A stretch of DNA of 64,000 nt from Octopus sinensis. Lineage: Eukaryota. Positions 13,883 through 28,000 of the stretch are shown here, in pieces; the first letter of the stretch is position 1; each line of letters opens with the position of its first letter. The position numbers and the translations under genes were made by a program. The notes under the pieces are model-generated. The model did not search any database. It worked only from the letters and a program-made list of their open reading frames with translations, and was not told the origin of the DNA. The stretch lies in contig NC_042999.1 in NCBI RefSeq assembly GCF_006345805.1, positions 25,110,001 to 25,174,000 on the forward strand, read 5' to 3'.

Positions 13883-14172
13883 ATCACGTGACCGACAGGC
13901 TATCAAATGTTGCTACACATCGCTGGTCACAATGTGCTTCGCATTGTTTTAGCCTTCAAGGACACCACCCCGATGGCTAAGCGTGCAGGCCTACAGAAGA
14001 AAGAGTGAGAGAAAGTTGTGACGAAAGAGTACAGCAGGGATCGCCACCAGCCCTGCCAGAGCCGCGTGAAGATTTAGGTGTTTTCGCCCAATAAACACTC
14101 ACAACGCCCGGTCTGGGAATCGAAACCACGATCCTACGACCGCGAGTCCGCTGCCCTAACCACTGGACCATT
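13876..14172 (-). mobile_element. tRNA-derived SINE, family C
   Basis: Minus strand TGGTCCAGTGGTTAGGGCAGCGGACTCGCGGTCGTAGGATCGTGGTTTCGATTCCC tRNA-like head with A and B boxes. Tail (TCACGTGA)2. Confidence 0.75.
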
Positions 14173-14422
14173 ATATGTATAACTGTGCGAAAGTCACTGA
14201 TGAGGATAAATCAAATCCGACATTATCGATAATATATCTCTGTCCCGCTTGCGCTAGGAAGCTAGTTTCCCTTGTCAGTCATTAGATAAATGCTTCCCGT
14301 GGCTAAGAGTTGCTCTGACTTTTATTTCTAGCAATGTGGTGCTGACTAGTACCCATAATCACCTTATTGACGCCTATACTTTTGCCTTTTGGCTGTAAAT
14401 TGCAAAACCCCATCTTAATAAT

Positions 14423-14480
<58 letters not shown>

Positions 14481-15184
14481 GACGTATTTATTTATTTTCT
14501 TATGTTTGTATGTGTATATTCGGAACGGTTCCCTTGTGATCCTTCTATTTAGGTACAGAGTTTCTATCACTTCAATATTCAATATTTCCTTCCCTTTTCT
14601 TTTTCAAGATTATAGACATTGGTTTGAAGGATATATACTCATTATTTCTTGCACGTCGAGCGATAATACGAATGTTCTTTTTCGCTCCTGGATACATGTA
14701 AATGAAGTTTGTGAAATATAATGATGTAATAAATATCTCTAAAATGAGACACTGACACCTAGAATGTCTTTTAATATAGAGGCTGCTTGATACAGAATTA
14801 TATAGGAGTCTAAACAACAATAATCATAAGAACAACAGCAACAACAGCAATGCTGACAGACCAAAGAGGCGATGGATATTGAAAACTTGTACAAAGCTAA
14901 ACCAAATACTTTGCGGTTGTTATTTGCATGTTTTTACGATTTGTGTTTCATTGAGGCCAATGGATTCCAAGATAGGCAGTGTCTGAATGGAAGATGATAT
15001 TGGCAGACACACAACGAGCTTATAATATCTTTACATCAAATTCTCTTCCACATGTCCGTCAACAACATGGAATAACGTCTTTACTCAGTGACCTACATTG
15101 TGTGATCGAAACCGGAACTCTCTTTCTGCTTATGTTCTATGAGAGCTTTCAGGATCGATAAAATTAGAAAACCTAAGACATTGG

Positions 15185-15589
15185 TCTTGTTTAAATCATT
15201 GGACTCCGGCCATCGTGGGGCACCACTTTGAAGGGTTTTAGTCAAATTGACGTCAGTGATTAAACAAAAAAGGTTGGCACTTGTTCTATCGGTCTCCTTT
15301 AGCTTATTGTTAAGTTGCAGGGACATAAACAAACCAATACCAGCGGCCAAACGGTTGTGGGGGACAAACACAGACCTCCCACACCCATACACGCACTCAC
15401 ACAACACACATAAAAATATAACATACGACAGGCTTCTTTCAGTTTCCGTCTACTAAATCCGTTCACAAGGCTTTGGTCGGCTGGGGGCTATAATAGAAGG
15501 CATTTGCCTAAGATACCCTGCAGTGAGACGGAACTCGAAACCATGCGGTAAGGTAGCAAACTTCTTACTTTACAGTTAAACCTGCCCCT
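15185..15589 (-). mobile_element. SINE family B (diverged)
   Basis: Colinear with the reverse complement of 4832-5244. Confidence 0.75.
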
Positions 15590-15883
15590 ATCACAGCCGT
15601 GTCTGCACATTATGCTAATTAAATTGACTTAAAATCTTATTGAAGACAAAGTTCTTTATCCCTGAAATTTTTCGCCAATATAAGAAACAGCAGCATAAAA
15701 AGTGCGTGTAAATCGAATATTTCTCACCGATTTATATTTAAAGTCATGTGGCATTATCCCTTGCTAATAGTAACATTGAAAGGATTTGTATCACCACTTT
15801 CTGTAAATGCCACTTTCTGAAAGAGAAAGATAGATAGATTGAGAGAGAGGGCGAGAGAGAGAGAGAGAGAGGGGGAGGGAGAG

Positions 15884-15966
<83 letters not shown>

Positions 15967-17218
15967 AGAAATCAAGAGCAATACTTGACTGGTATTTTAT
16001 TTATCGACTCCGGAAGAATGAAAGACGAAGTTGGCCCCAGTGATTTTGCACGATGTGTACTGACACGACAAATATGGCCAAGACGTACAAACCGTAGCCA
16101 TGACCAATCTACCAAACCCGTGTGATGCGTCATTAAAAACCAACATTATCTCTTCATAACAGCCACAGGAATATCAGAAATGGTATCGGGCTAAGCAGAA
16201 AACCTTTTCCAAATTTGGTATGACTGGATGTTTGAATTCAAGTCGCCTGAAAGCTGCTTTTGGTTTTTATCTATTGGAGTGGATGTAATAAGTATCAGGC
16301 TGGTTATGAAAGCGGATGTAAGCAATTATTTGTGCACATATCATCTTCAAAATCTTTCAGTGATTGTAAAAACCAAAATTTATCTAATTCAGTATTTGCC
16401 TTTATAAAATCAAACTTCAAATAATTTGTGCCAGTATAGTAAATATAAATATCGATCCTCCACCATAGAAAAGGAGAAAAAACTCAATATGATATTATGT
16501 GCACCACACATGCACACATATATGTATGTATGTATGTATGTTATGTATGTATGTATGTATGTATGTATGTATGTATGTATGTATGTATGTATGCAAGTAT
16601 ATGTATATGTATGTATGTATGTATGTGTGTATGTATGCGTGCAAGTATATGTATATGTATGTTATTATGTATGTATGTATGTATGTATGCAAGTATATGT
16701 ATATGTATGTATGTATTTATGTATGTATATATATTTTGCTTAAACAAACACAAAACAAAACTGTACGTTTTCATAAATAAATACATACACATACATACAC
16801 ATACATATATACATACATACATACATACATACATACATACATACATACATACATACATACATGTAGGTATGTACGTACGCACATACATAAAAACATGGAT
16901 GCATGCATATATACATATACATACGCACATATATCTGTATGTATACATAGATTAAAGTGTACACATGCTTGCATGTGTGTGTGTATGTACTTGTGTACGG
17001 GTATGTATTCATATCTATACCTAGTGAATGAAATTATATATTTCAATGACAATGTATCTATTTGTATGTACTCCATATAGAGGAACCATACTTATAGAAT
17101 AAACTTTAAATATAGACGTACACGTACATGGATTCATACTTTTGTACAGCCAATCTATCTATATTTATATATATCTGTCTATTTACCTATCTGTCTCAGT
17201 GTTGTTGCACATACACGC

Positions 17219-17270
<52 letters not shown>

Positions 17271-17596
17271 AACTACAACAAACATGCATCTACATGAAAA
17301 TGTATACGCTTCGTTTGTTTTGTGCTTTTCTCAACATGTACACAATGAAATAAATTCGGTTATTTTTGCTTCTTCCACTGCAAAGAAATTCGTTTCCTAC
17401 AAACATCAAAGAAATTTCGTTTCTTTCAAATCTGGTTTTCTTCCCTCTTCACAGTCTCAAGGTAATATCAAAGTGAATTGTAAAAAAACAAAACAAAATA
17501 ACAATTCTTTGACAGGGGGAATAAATTGAAGGTAATCTGCTCTTGAAAGTTTTCTTACATTCGGTATTCAGTATTGATCATACATACATACATACA

Positions 17597-17627
<31 letters not shown>

Positions 17628-17658
17628 TCATACATACATACATATTCATATATATATA

Positions 17659-17706
<48 letters not shown>

Positions 17707-17900
17707 CATACATTACATACACCTTCATAACATCTATAAATATATTCTTTGTTAGCTATCTCTTTCTCCATCAATATATCACTAACGTAGCATAATTCTC
17801 CTTTACTCATTCTCCTCTTTTTCTCTGTCTATATCATCTATCTATCTATCTTATCTATCTATCTATCTATCTATCTATTATCTATCTATCTATTTATCCA

Positions 17901-17957
<57 letters not shown>

Positions 17958-17959
17958 CC

Positions 17960-17998
<39 letters not shown>

Positions 17999-18232
17999 CA
18001 TCCATCCATCCATCCATCCATCCTCTTGTCTGTCTCTTTGCCTGCCTGCCTGCCTGCCTGTCTGTCTGTCTGTCTAGCAATGAAATCTTGTCAGAACAGA
18101 AATACTCTGAAATGACATTACAAAAAAAAAAATCTCATAAGTTAAGTATAGTGTTAGCTGATACGAGAGGTAACATTTGTATGGACACCCGAGGTCATAC
18201 ATATGTATTTATTTGAGATATCATTGCTATAC

Positions 18233-20021
18233 GCAGGACCAGATTTAAACCATGGGGGGTCCGGTGTACTTCAAATTCTGTGCCCCCCCCCCGATATACA
18301 AGAATTAAAATCAAGGAAAATTAGCAAATTTAGATCTCAAAATTCATTTATCACATGTAATTGTATTTGATTAGTTAGCAGAGAAAGTTTAAATAAACGA
18401 CTGAAAAAAAATGTCGCTTCAGAGATAAACTGTTTAAAATTCCATTTTTTTTCTCACTCATTCACCAGCAATGTTTAACTTTTCCTTCATTGTGAAAAGT
18501 ACAATGTAGTTGGGAAGAGGGGGGGGAAATTTTTTTCCTTTAATGCGAGTTAGAAATGTTTCATAAAAGGGAAAATATATAATTTTAATGGTTGTTTTAT
18601 TGTTCCAAAGGCACGATAGGTGTGGTTGTGTGAGGGGAGAGACAAACATTTAAAAGACATGGATTTAAAAAAAACAAAACATTTGCGTTAAAAAAAGCTT
18701 CCCTTCATTGTTTTGCAATGCATGAAAACAAGGGAAAATCCTGACAAAGTTGGGGGAAATTCCAACATATATGGGATCGCTACTCCGAAAGAATTCCGTT
18801 TCTCCATCAGATGACAACACATGAGTTCTTTGAGCCTAAGAAAGAAAAGAATTTGGATTGTTAAACACCAACAATTATATAGATGTTTTATTAGCATCTT
18901 CAATTACATCTGGGTCAAAGGTGAGAAAAATTTCTTGAAAATTCAGTACCTGTTACTTGACTGTTTCAAACTGCCTCAACTGCAATAACAGGAATGGTGG
19001 CCAATGGTTACTCCCAAAGATGATGCAAGAGTACAAAATGGTGATGCAATACATGCAATGCAATAGTTTCGAGCAAGTAGTGAGAAAATAACAAGAAATT
19101 GTTAATTACTCATTTTGCCCCAGATACCAGTTTTGCCTCACCCTTTTGTAGCTATTTCAAGTATGTGTCAAAATGACGATAAATTGTGAAAAAAGAAAGA
19201 AAGAAAAAGAGTCGCTTTAATGAAACGAAAAGCATGTGAGAATAAAAGAAATAATTCTAAAGCTGAAAAAATGCTTTGAGCTGTTGAGAGATGTAATTTT
19301 ATGATTAAAACTAAATTCAAAATTTAAATTTTGAAACATATTATATACCAGTTTTCAATACCTTACTGAAATAATGAAGTTTACAATGGCAATATATGTG
19401 TGTGCGTATTTGTATGTGTATGTGTATGTGTATGTGTGTGTTTTTTTTTTTTTTGTGTGTGTGTGTTGTGTGTGTGTGTATCTTTAATTGCCAGTGGTCA
19501 GTCTAAGGTCACTGCTTAGTCATGCGTTGAAAGAAGGAATTTGAAGTAGAGACAATGAATAACATCTTCCTAGCAATCTCTTCACCTTTATACACATCCA
19601 TACTCTCTCTCTCTCTCACAGACTGACACACACACACACACAACACACACACACATACGCAAGCGTACACACACAAGCATACACAAACACACTCTGGAAT
19701 ACATACAATTTTTGGAGTGTCCAAAAATGTCCAAAAAGGAACTACAATTAATTCCCATGGAAATTAATTGTACCTGATTTGGCACTGGGTAAATAAGGGA
19801 TTTTTTAATTGAATAAACTGATGTCACTAAAGTAGATAAAACTAACTATGGTTATTCATCGAAAAAGAGGATCCATTACATTTTTTAAGATGTTTGTAAA
19901 ACATCTATATAATTGCAAGTTTGCTGTGATGTGCCGCCTGTATTGAGTGCTACATACCTGCATAGCAGGGGCCCCTATATTTAGTGGATACTCGGGGCAA
20001 TCGCTTACTTTAGATTGGTAC
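18233..20021 (-). mobile_element. Possible decayed hAT-like DNA transposon
   Basis: CAGGACCAGATTTAAA...GGGG/CCCC subterminal pattern, a loosely matching other end near 20010, and a faint dimerization-domain-like remnant at ~18690-18770. Confidence 0.3.
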
Positions 20022-21353
20022 TTTTTTATGGGTTCAAAGTAGACCTCGAATGGTTTTGATTTCCGAGTAATTACCGTGTGAAATTATTTTTCTAAACAAA
20101 TATTTGATGGTCTGATATATTTTACAGTAATATTCACTAAAGTTTAGTAAAATTAATGATACGTATTATTGTCTAAGGACTCGTTGGGGGTCATCTTAAA
20201 AAGCTTACCTTATGCAATGTATATTCTATATTTATAGATAGCAGGTTGTGATTTGTGGAACAAATGGCTGCTGTTTCTAGCAAGTTGAATAACCCTGTAA
20301 TGATTTCTTCGCTGACTCATGTTTCCTCGTGTTTATATTATTTGATAGTTTGATGATACATATTTTCTTGGCGTTCTTCCTTTTATTTTCTCCACGATTG
20401 TTTATAACAGTTTTCGTTTAAAGCAGAACTCTGGAGCTTTTACGTTTTTTGTTTGTGTATAATGCCAGGGTTACTGACGAAGCAGAGCTGGAACGATTGA
20501 AATAGATAGTGTGTAAGAATACCATCGTATGGTTGGTAATTTAAAGCCTGTCGTAGGCGTTGAAATGCTGTTGTTTAACCGTACGTCAATATTTATCTAC
20601 CAGGCATATGATCAAAGGCATACCAGCCGAGGCCATCATGTATATCAAGAGCGCATCAGACACTACATTATCTAAGGAGTATTTTTGTTCCTAAAATGGT
20701 TCTTGTTAAAATCCCAGGACAACCCATATCAAAGAGATTTATAATCAAAGACATTCCAGCCGTGACCATCAAATAATTCTAAAATTTAGAGAGTGTCTTC
20801 TCCTAAGACGATTGGTTTGGATTTGGAAGAGATATGACTGTTATTTCTATCAACTTAAGTGTGTCCTCATTAACGCTATTAACATTATTTTATAGGCGTT
20901 ATTTTACGTTATTTCACGTTATTTTACGTTATTTCACGTTATTAATTAAAAGAAACAAAAAAAAAAAATCATGCCTGAGAAATTAAATTGTGAAAAAATA
21001 ACATCCAAACCCAAAGAAGCTTTTCTTGTCTCTCTATAACACTAAAGAGATTAGAATTAATTGCCGTATGATGGAGTTTGAAGACAGTTAAGAGATAAAT
21101 ATATTTTAAATCACTGAGGTGTAAATCTTCTGTCACAGATACTTGTACATATGTCCTATATGGTTGAGGCAAGAAGGCTGATTGTAGAGGGAACCATGAA
21201 TTCAAATCTGAAAATGAAAAGTCCTATGGTGTGTGACTTTCATACATCTGGGTCCAACTCCTGCATCAGTGTGGTTCATTCATTGAACTTGGAAGTTACA
21301 CCTGAATCGCAATATCTCACCAGATTTCATCAGCTGCTAAGAATTAGTAGTAA

Positions 21354-21572
21354 TTCTTCTTCTTCTTCTTCTTCTTCTTCTGCTTCTTCTTCTTCTTCTT
21401 CTTCTTCTCTTCTTCTTCTTCTTCTTCTTCTTCTTCTTCTTCTTCTTCTTCTCTTCTTCTTCTTCTTCTTCTCTTCTTCTTTTCTTCTTCTTCTTTTCTT
21501 CTCCTCTCTCTTTTCTTCTTCTCTTCTTCTTCTTCGTTCCTCCTCCTCCTCCTTCTTCTCATTATATTATTA

Positions 21573-21605
<33 letters not shown>
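21354..21605. repeat. (TTC)n and (TTA)n trinucleotide arrays
   Basis: Read directly. Confidence 0.9.
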
Positions 21606-21754
21606 CGTTAGCACACCAGACAGAATGCTTAGCATTATTTAGTCTGTCTTTATGTTTTGAGTTGAAATTCCGCCGAGGTCGACTTTCATCCTTTCGGGTT
21701 CGATGAAATAAGTAACAGTTGAACACTGGGGTCGATGTGATCGACTTACCCGTC

Positions 21755-22502
21755 GCTGAAGATGTACTACAGTGTCAGCTGTTCACTACCAGTGAACTAA
21801 GGTATCACCCCTTATTTTTCGAACACTTTCCGGAGTATTCGAGCGGTGCAAGCAGTGCTGTTTTCTGTAAGTGCTCCATCCTTATTGCAGCCCCTATTTG
21901 TTCCATGCACTTCTCAAGATTTTTACTCACTGTTCCCAGGGCTCCGGCAATTATTGGTACTACTACCACCTTTTCAGCGACCACAACTGCTTAACCTCTC
22001 AAGCTAACCTGTCATATCTATCGACTTTTCTTTCTTCCTTATCGCATGCCTTATTGTCAGCTGGGAATGCTATATCTATGATCCAGCATAGTTTGTTTTC
22101 TTTCTCAATTAAGACTATGTCCAGCTTCCTATTCTCTATCTCATGGTCGCAATGAATCATAAAATCCCATAGGATTTTTGCATTATCATTTTCAATGATG
22201 CCTTCGGGTTTATGGTCGTACCAATTTTTTTCTCTGTCAAGTCCATACTTGTTGCAAAGTGTCCAACGGACAACCCTTGCTATATTTTCATGGCATCTCA
22301 TATATTCCTTCTGGGCTAGTGGTGTACGTTGACTTGTAATATGCCACACGGTTCCACCATTTTGTCCACAAATTCTGCACTTTCACTTTCTGATCTATTG
22401 TCTATTCTGTATTTTATGTAATATGTTTAGTGCTTGCTCTTGGGTAGCACAGATTACGGCCTCCGTTTCCAATTTTAAATAACTTTTAGTCATCCACAGC
22501 CA

Positions 22503-22503
<1 letters not shown>
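21755..22503 (-). mobile_element. Dong/R4-like non-LTR retrotransposon 3' fragment (restriction-like endonuclease domain)
   Basis: ETEAVICATQEQAL, CRIC..NGGTVWHI, KILWDF..HCDHEIENRKLDIVLIEK...IIDIAFPAD, LQKTALL. The 5' junction abuts (TAA)n at 22505-22565. Confidence 0.85.
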
Positions 22504-22565
<62 letters not shown>

Positions 22566-22800
22566 CAACTAAGGTTTTGTTGGAAATCCTGAAGCGTTGC
22601 ATGGGTAGTGGTATTTGTAGCTAGATTCTACGGTACCATGCTGTTTTTTCAGCTAATACTTTCCCAATTATTCTGACTGTGCCAAGGACGGAGGGGGGGA
22701 ACATATAACAGCTCTAGTGGGCACTCTATTCCGATTCCCTTCATATTCTTCTTCATGCCTTCTGATATTGACCCCAAGGACCCAACAATATTTGGCACCT
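22566..22800 (-). mobile_element. Second Dong/R4-like 3' fragment (different subfamily)
   Basis: KVPNIVGSLGSISEGMKKNMKGIGIECPLELL matches the VVPIIVGALG-type C-terminus. The 3' end runs into (TAA)n and the 5' end abuts (TAG)n. Confidence 0.65.
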
Positions 22801-22898
<98 letters not shown>

Positions 22899-23521
22899 TG
22901 GTGAGCTGAACGAATTATTAGTAGGCAGTACAAAACGCTTAACGGCATTTCTTCTAACCTTAAATTCTACCGAGGTCGACTTTGCCTTTCATCCCTTTGG
23001 GGCCGGTAAAATAAGTACCAATACAGTACTGGGGTCGGTCTAATCGACTAGCGAGACCCTCCTTTCGCTCCTGCTTCTGATCCTCCTCTTACTCCTCTTC
23101 TTCCCCATCCTCTTCATCCTCCTCCTCCACCTCCTCCTCCTCCTTATGATAACCATCCTCATTATTCCTGCCATAGCTAACATTGTTATTTCAAAGTGAT
23201 GACGTCGGTGGATGTTGTTAGATATCTTTAACAGTACTTGATATTTTCTTTGTAGGTAAACAGGCCGTTTGTGCTTATGTGTGTATATTTCAGTTAGTGT
23301 ATACATACATACTTTATATATGTGTATGCAGGTGTATGTATATAGACATACATATACATACATAGATGCATATGTACATACTCACACACATATATATATA
23401 GAGAGACACATATAAATATATATATACCCTCATATACATACATACATTATATTATATATATATGTATATATATATATATATATACATATATAACATATAT
23501 AATATATATATATATACATAC

Positions 23522-23552
<31 letters not shown>

Positions 23553-23575
23553 ATTATATATATATAATATTATAC

Positions 23576-23678
<103 letters not shown>

Positions 23679-24034
23679 GCACATATGTGAAACATTATGT
23701 ATACGAACCTTTCTAATAACCCCAATAACGTGCCAGGTTCGCTATGTGAAACCTATAAAGTAACGAAAGTAGTTTCACTATAAATCAACAAGAATAAATA
23801 TATACGTAGCAAATGATGTTATAATCGTGCCTATGTCTAGACAGGTGATTTCAGCTCTTCTCTTTCCGTATACTCTCTTTCATTAACCTTCATTTTATGT
23901 AAACGTGTATAAACGTAGACGTATATGTGTATATGTACGTGTATGTGTATATAATATATATCTACGTCTATCTCTTTCTTCCTCTTTCTTTCTCACTCTC
24001 TCTATATTACCTATACCGTACACACATATATGTA

Positions 24035-24083
<49 letters not shown>

Positions 24084-24084
<1 letters not shown>

Positions 24085-24385
24085 GGAGTGGCTGTGTGGT
24101 AAATAGCTTGCTAACCAACCACATGGTTCCGGGTTCAGTCCCACTGCGTGGCATCTTGGACAAGTGTCTTCTGCTATAGCCTAGGGCCGACCAATGCCTT
24201 GTGAGTGGATTTGGTAGACGTAAACTGAAAGAAGCCTGTCGTATATATGTATATATATGTATGTGTGTGTGTTTGTGTGTCTGTGTTGGTCTCCCTAGCA
24301 TTGCTTGACAACTGATGCTGGTGTGTTTACGTCCTCGTTACTTAGCGGTTCGGCAAAAGAGACCGATAGAATAAGTACTGGGCTT
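24084..24385 (+). mobile_element. SINE family B (3' truncated)
   Basis: Near-identical to 4838-5140. Confidence 0.85.
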
Positions 24386-24482
24386 ATGCGTATATGTACG
24401 TGTATGCGTCTAATATATATCTACGTCTATCTCTTTCTTTCTCTTTCTTTCTCTCTCTCTATATATCTATACGTACACACAC

Positions 24483-24521
<39 letters not shown>

Positions 24522-24939
24522 AACACGCACATACATATGTGTATGCAACTATGTTTGTGTATACGTATGTATATATTCTCTGTTTCCTAGCTACGCATTC
24601 TGATAAATTAAAAAACTACATGTAGTTATGTGCATCACATGTTGTATATATATAGGACATGCACGCACACAGACATACTCATATATGCTGGTATGAATGG
24701 TACCGGACGGGCGGGAACGGCGTGCGTTGCTGATGTCGACGGAGCGAGCAGCCACAGTGAACTCAGAGTAACGACAGTGTCTATGAATAATTGAATAAAC
24801 TCTGCTATTGTAAATACTTTTCTGTCAAACTCATGAACCTCCTTGTATACACTGATAAACACACTCACGTATAGATACTCAGGCACACACGCACACACAC
24901 TCACGAGCGCGTGCGCACACACACATATACATACGTATC

Positions 24940-25340
24940 AATACAATAATAACAAAGGGTAAAATTAATTAATTAACTAGTAATCAATAATTTCACTAAG
25001 TAGAATTCGGCATGAAAAAGGACCATTTCACGATAAACTTAAGTAATACTTTATAATTATATATATATATACATATATATGTATGGATACGTAATACTTT
25101 ATAATAGGGTTCAGCAAAGATTTGCTTTACCACATACCGAAGTTTAGAAATAGCAGCCAAAGACCCTTAGCTATTTCCTCTACTTTAAAGAGAGACTCCC
25201 GGAAAGTCTCTTCCGGGAGTCTCTTTTTAAAGTAGAGGAAATAACTAAGGTTCTTTAGCTGCTATTTCTAAACTTCGGTATGTGGTAAAGCAAATCTTTG
25301 CTGAACCCTATTATAAAGTATTACGTATCCATACATATAT
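24940..25340. mobile_element. Fold-back (palindromic) fragment related to the ribozyme element at 54297-55105
   Basis: Inverted arms 25075-25204 / 25211-25340. CTGCTATTTCTAAACTTCGGTATGTGGT... and the reverse complement of 24945-25058 are homologous to the 207-bp repeat at 54316-54522. Confidence 0.8.
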
Positions 25341-26774
25341 AAGTATATATGTGTATGCATGTATATATGTAATTTATGTGTGTGTGTGTGCGCGTATGTG
25401 TGTGTGTGTGCGTGTGTGTGTGAGCGCACATTTGGTAGGTAAAATTAGGATAGATCATCCCTATTTCTGATGTGAATTGGAGAGAGGAAAACACTTGGTC
25501 TAATGTTCCGCTCAGCCTAGATATTATTGCGAAGAACACTACGATCTTTGTAAGTCTTAGACACTATTTCCCATGCCATAACCTTTTTAACGCGCATAGT
25601 GCTCATATTAGTAATTCCTATTTTGGAAATGAAATGACCAGCGTAATCGGCTGTTTATTCAAAAGCTTCTTGTTAATCGTAACTGCACGGAAAAATATTG
25701 TTAAAATGTACAAAAAACAAAAGAGAGGGATGGGTGAAGGAACAATAGACAAGTTATATTAGTTTGATGCTCGGGAAAAAGGGAAACGTCTTCGACGATT
25801 CGCGCCTAAGCTCTTCTACAAAAACGAATGATGAAAGAAAACGGCGAGAGGAAAAAAACGTGTCTGCATTGACAGCGTTACTTGCTCAAATGACCAGAAG
25901 GTTGTGGTTGAATGGAAGGGGAAAAAAACAGTGATCTGGCTAAACTGTGTGCTCGTAGGCGTGCGTGTGTATGTGAGGATAATAGTGAGTGTATATGTGT
26001 GTGTGAGTGAGAACGTGTGTATGTGTGGGCAAGCATAGTATTATATGATTCTGCGTTTGCGTGTGTACGTACGGGAGCATTGAACTAAAATATTAGTCTC
26101 TTTAAGAAACTACACCTTTAAAATGGACAACTGTATTCCTTAACAAGAGTAATGAACCTTCCTACTGCTTTCATCAATGGAGCTTACTATTAGCAAATTT
26201 TAAATCGATTAGTCGATAAAAGAATTTCATGAGTTTTATTGAAACTTCACTGAAATTCTGATCAAACCTTATGGAGTGAGATTTTCCCCAATCAGCAGCT
26301 GCAACAATACCTTGCAGTCCCCCATCACTTGGCCCTAATGCAGTGACAATCAGCTTTCAGTAGGTTTTGTAGCTTTATCACCTTCTAGATTGACGGCATG
26401 CGAAAGATCAAACAAATATTTAAATCTATGAAACTGGTTAATGCAGATGTAAGTACCAACTTGGGAATACAAATATTTAATCGCTACTACACACGTTCAA
26501 TGGTCTCTCCTCACGTTTGTACGCACATCAGAAAACTCGCACGTAAACACATACATACACGCACACACACACACGCGCGCGAATGCACACACATTGCTTT
26601 TTATAGCTTTTGCTATGAAAATTTAAACAGCTAGACACTCTTTGTTATTCTTTTTGTACATAGTAAAATAAAAGACATCGCCTTGACATGTGTGCATGTG
26701 TGTATGCGCGGGTGAGTGGATATATATATATATATATATATATAGTTTCAGTAGCGTGTGATATATATATATAT

Positions 26775-26990
26775 CACACGCTATTGAAGCTTTCCAGGTT
26801 TTAAGGGTGTCGCGCAAAGCCTAATTGGAGGCCCAACTTTCCGTGTTCTTTTACAGGGCTTAGAAAAACCGAAGGGCTACTGCAATAAGTGTGTGAATCT
26901 GAGATAGGAATATGTTGAATAAAACCATAAATAACTGATCCTTCTTTATTTTCTTTTACCCAAAGTCAAGAACTTTCCACCACTTGCTCA
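26775..26990 (+). mobile_element. Internally deleted mariner remnant
   Basis: FFLQGLEKPKGYCNKCVNLR*EYVE* resembles the mariner transposase C-terminus. Degenerate TIRs in TA context. Confidence 0.6.
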
Positions 26991-27018
26991 TATATACGTA
27001 TACATAGACATACATACA

Positions 27019-27049
<31 letters not shown>

Positions 27050-27088
27050 TCCTCGGTTCTCCTTGTTGACTTCTACACACACACACAC

Positions 27089-27119
<31 letters not shown>

Positions 27120-27777
27120 TATAATTGAATAAACTGAAGTCAACAGGAAGAACAATTGTTTCTACGCAACACAACTTTCCAGGTCCGCAGGTTTTTGGCT
27201 ATGCAATCGTTTCCCTGAATTCTGAGATCTTGTTGTTCACCACTTGCTATATAAATATTGTTTCTGTGTTCCGTAAACTTAAATTTACTTAGCAATTATT
27301 ACTACCTCGTAAAACCACAACAGACAGAAAGGATGCGGTCAAAACCGAAAATTCGATTTTACAGAACTCAGAAACAATATTTATATATCACCCGATGTAC
27401 CACGACAAAATCTCACAATGCAGAGAAACATTTGTATAACCAAATACCTGCGAACATGGAGAGGTACGTTGCACGGAAACAATTGTGATTACAAATAAAT
27501 GTTCATTTGTACTTCTTCTTGTTGACTCCAACTTATTCAATTATCCATTCGCACACTACAGAAGCTCCATGGCAAATCCGGTAATATGTATAATACTACT
27601 GTTGGACAGCATTGGTGAAATCTGAAGGTGGACGAGCGTTATACTGTACTCTATAGGATATAACCTATGTTACCAAATATTTTACGTTTTCGGATGACGG
27701 TCGTACATGTCCATTCTTCAGAATCTATCACCAGTCCCGCTCTCTTTCTCTTTCTCTCTCCCCACTCAGTGTATATA

Positions 27778-28000
27778 CTACCCACAAGGGGCTAAACACA
27801 GAGAGGACAAACAAGGACAGACAAACGGATTAAGTCGATTACATCGACCCCAGTGCGTAACTGGTACTTAATTTATCGACCCCGAAAGGATGAAAGGCAA
27901 AGTCGACCTCGGCGGAATTTGAACTCACGACGTAACGACAGACGAAATACGGCTACGCATTTCGCCCGGCCTGCTAACGTTTCTGCCAGCTCGCCGCCTT
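27778..28000 (-). mobile_element. SINE family A
   Basis: Near-full copy with a 16-bp TSD CCACTCAGTGTATATA at 27762-27777 and 28001-28016. Confidence 0.9.

Noticed and set aside
14105-14172. tRNA gene
   Set aside because: The tRNA-like head continues into SINE body and tail and has no proper acceptor stem. The same applies to the family A and B heads.
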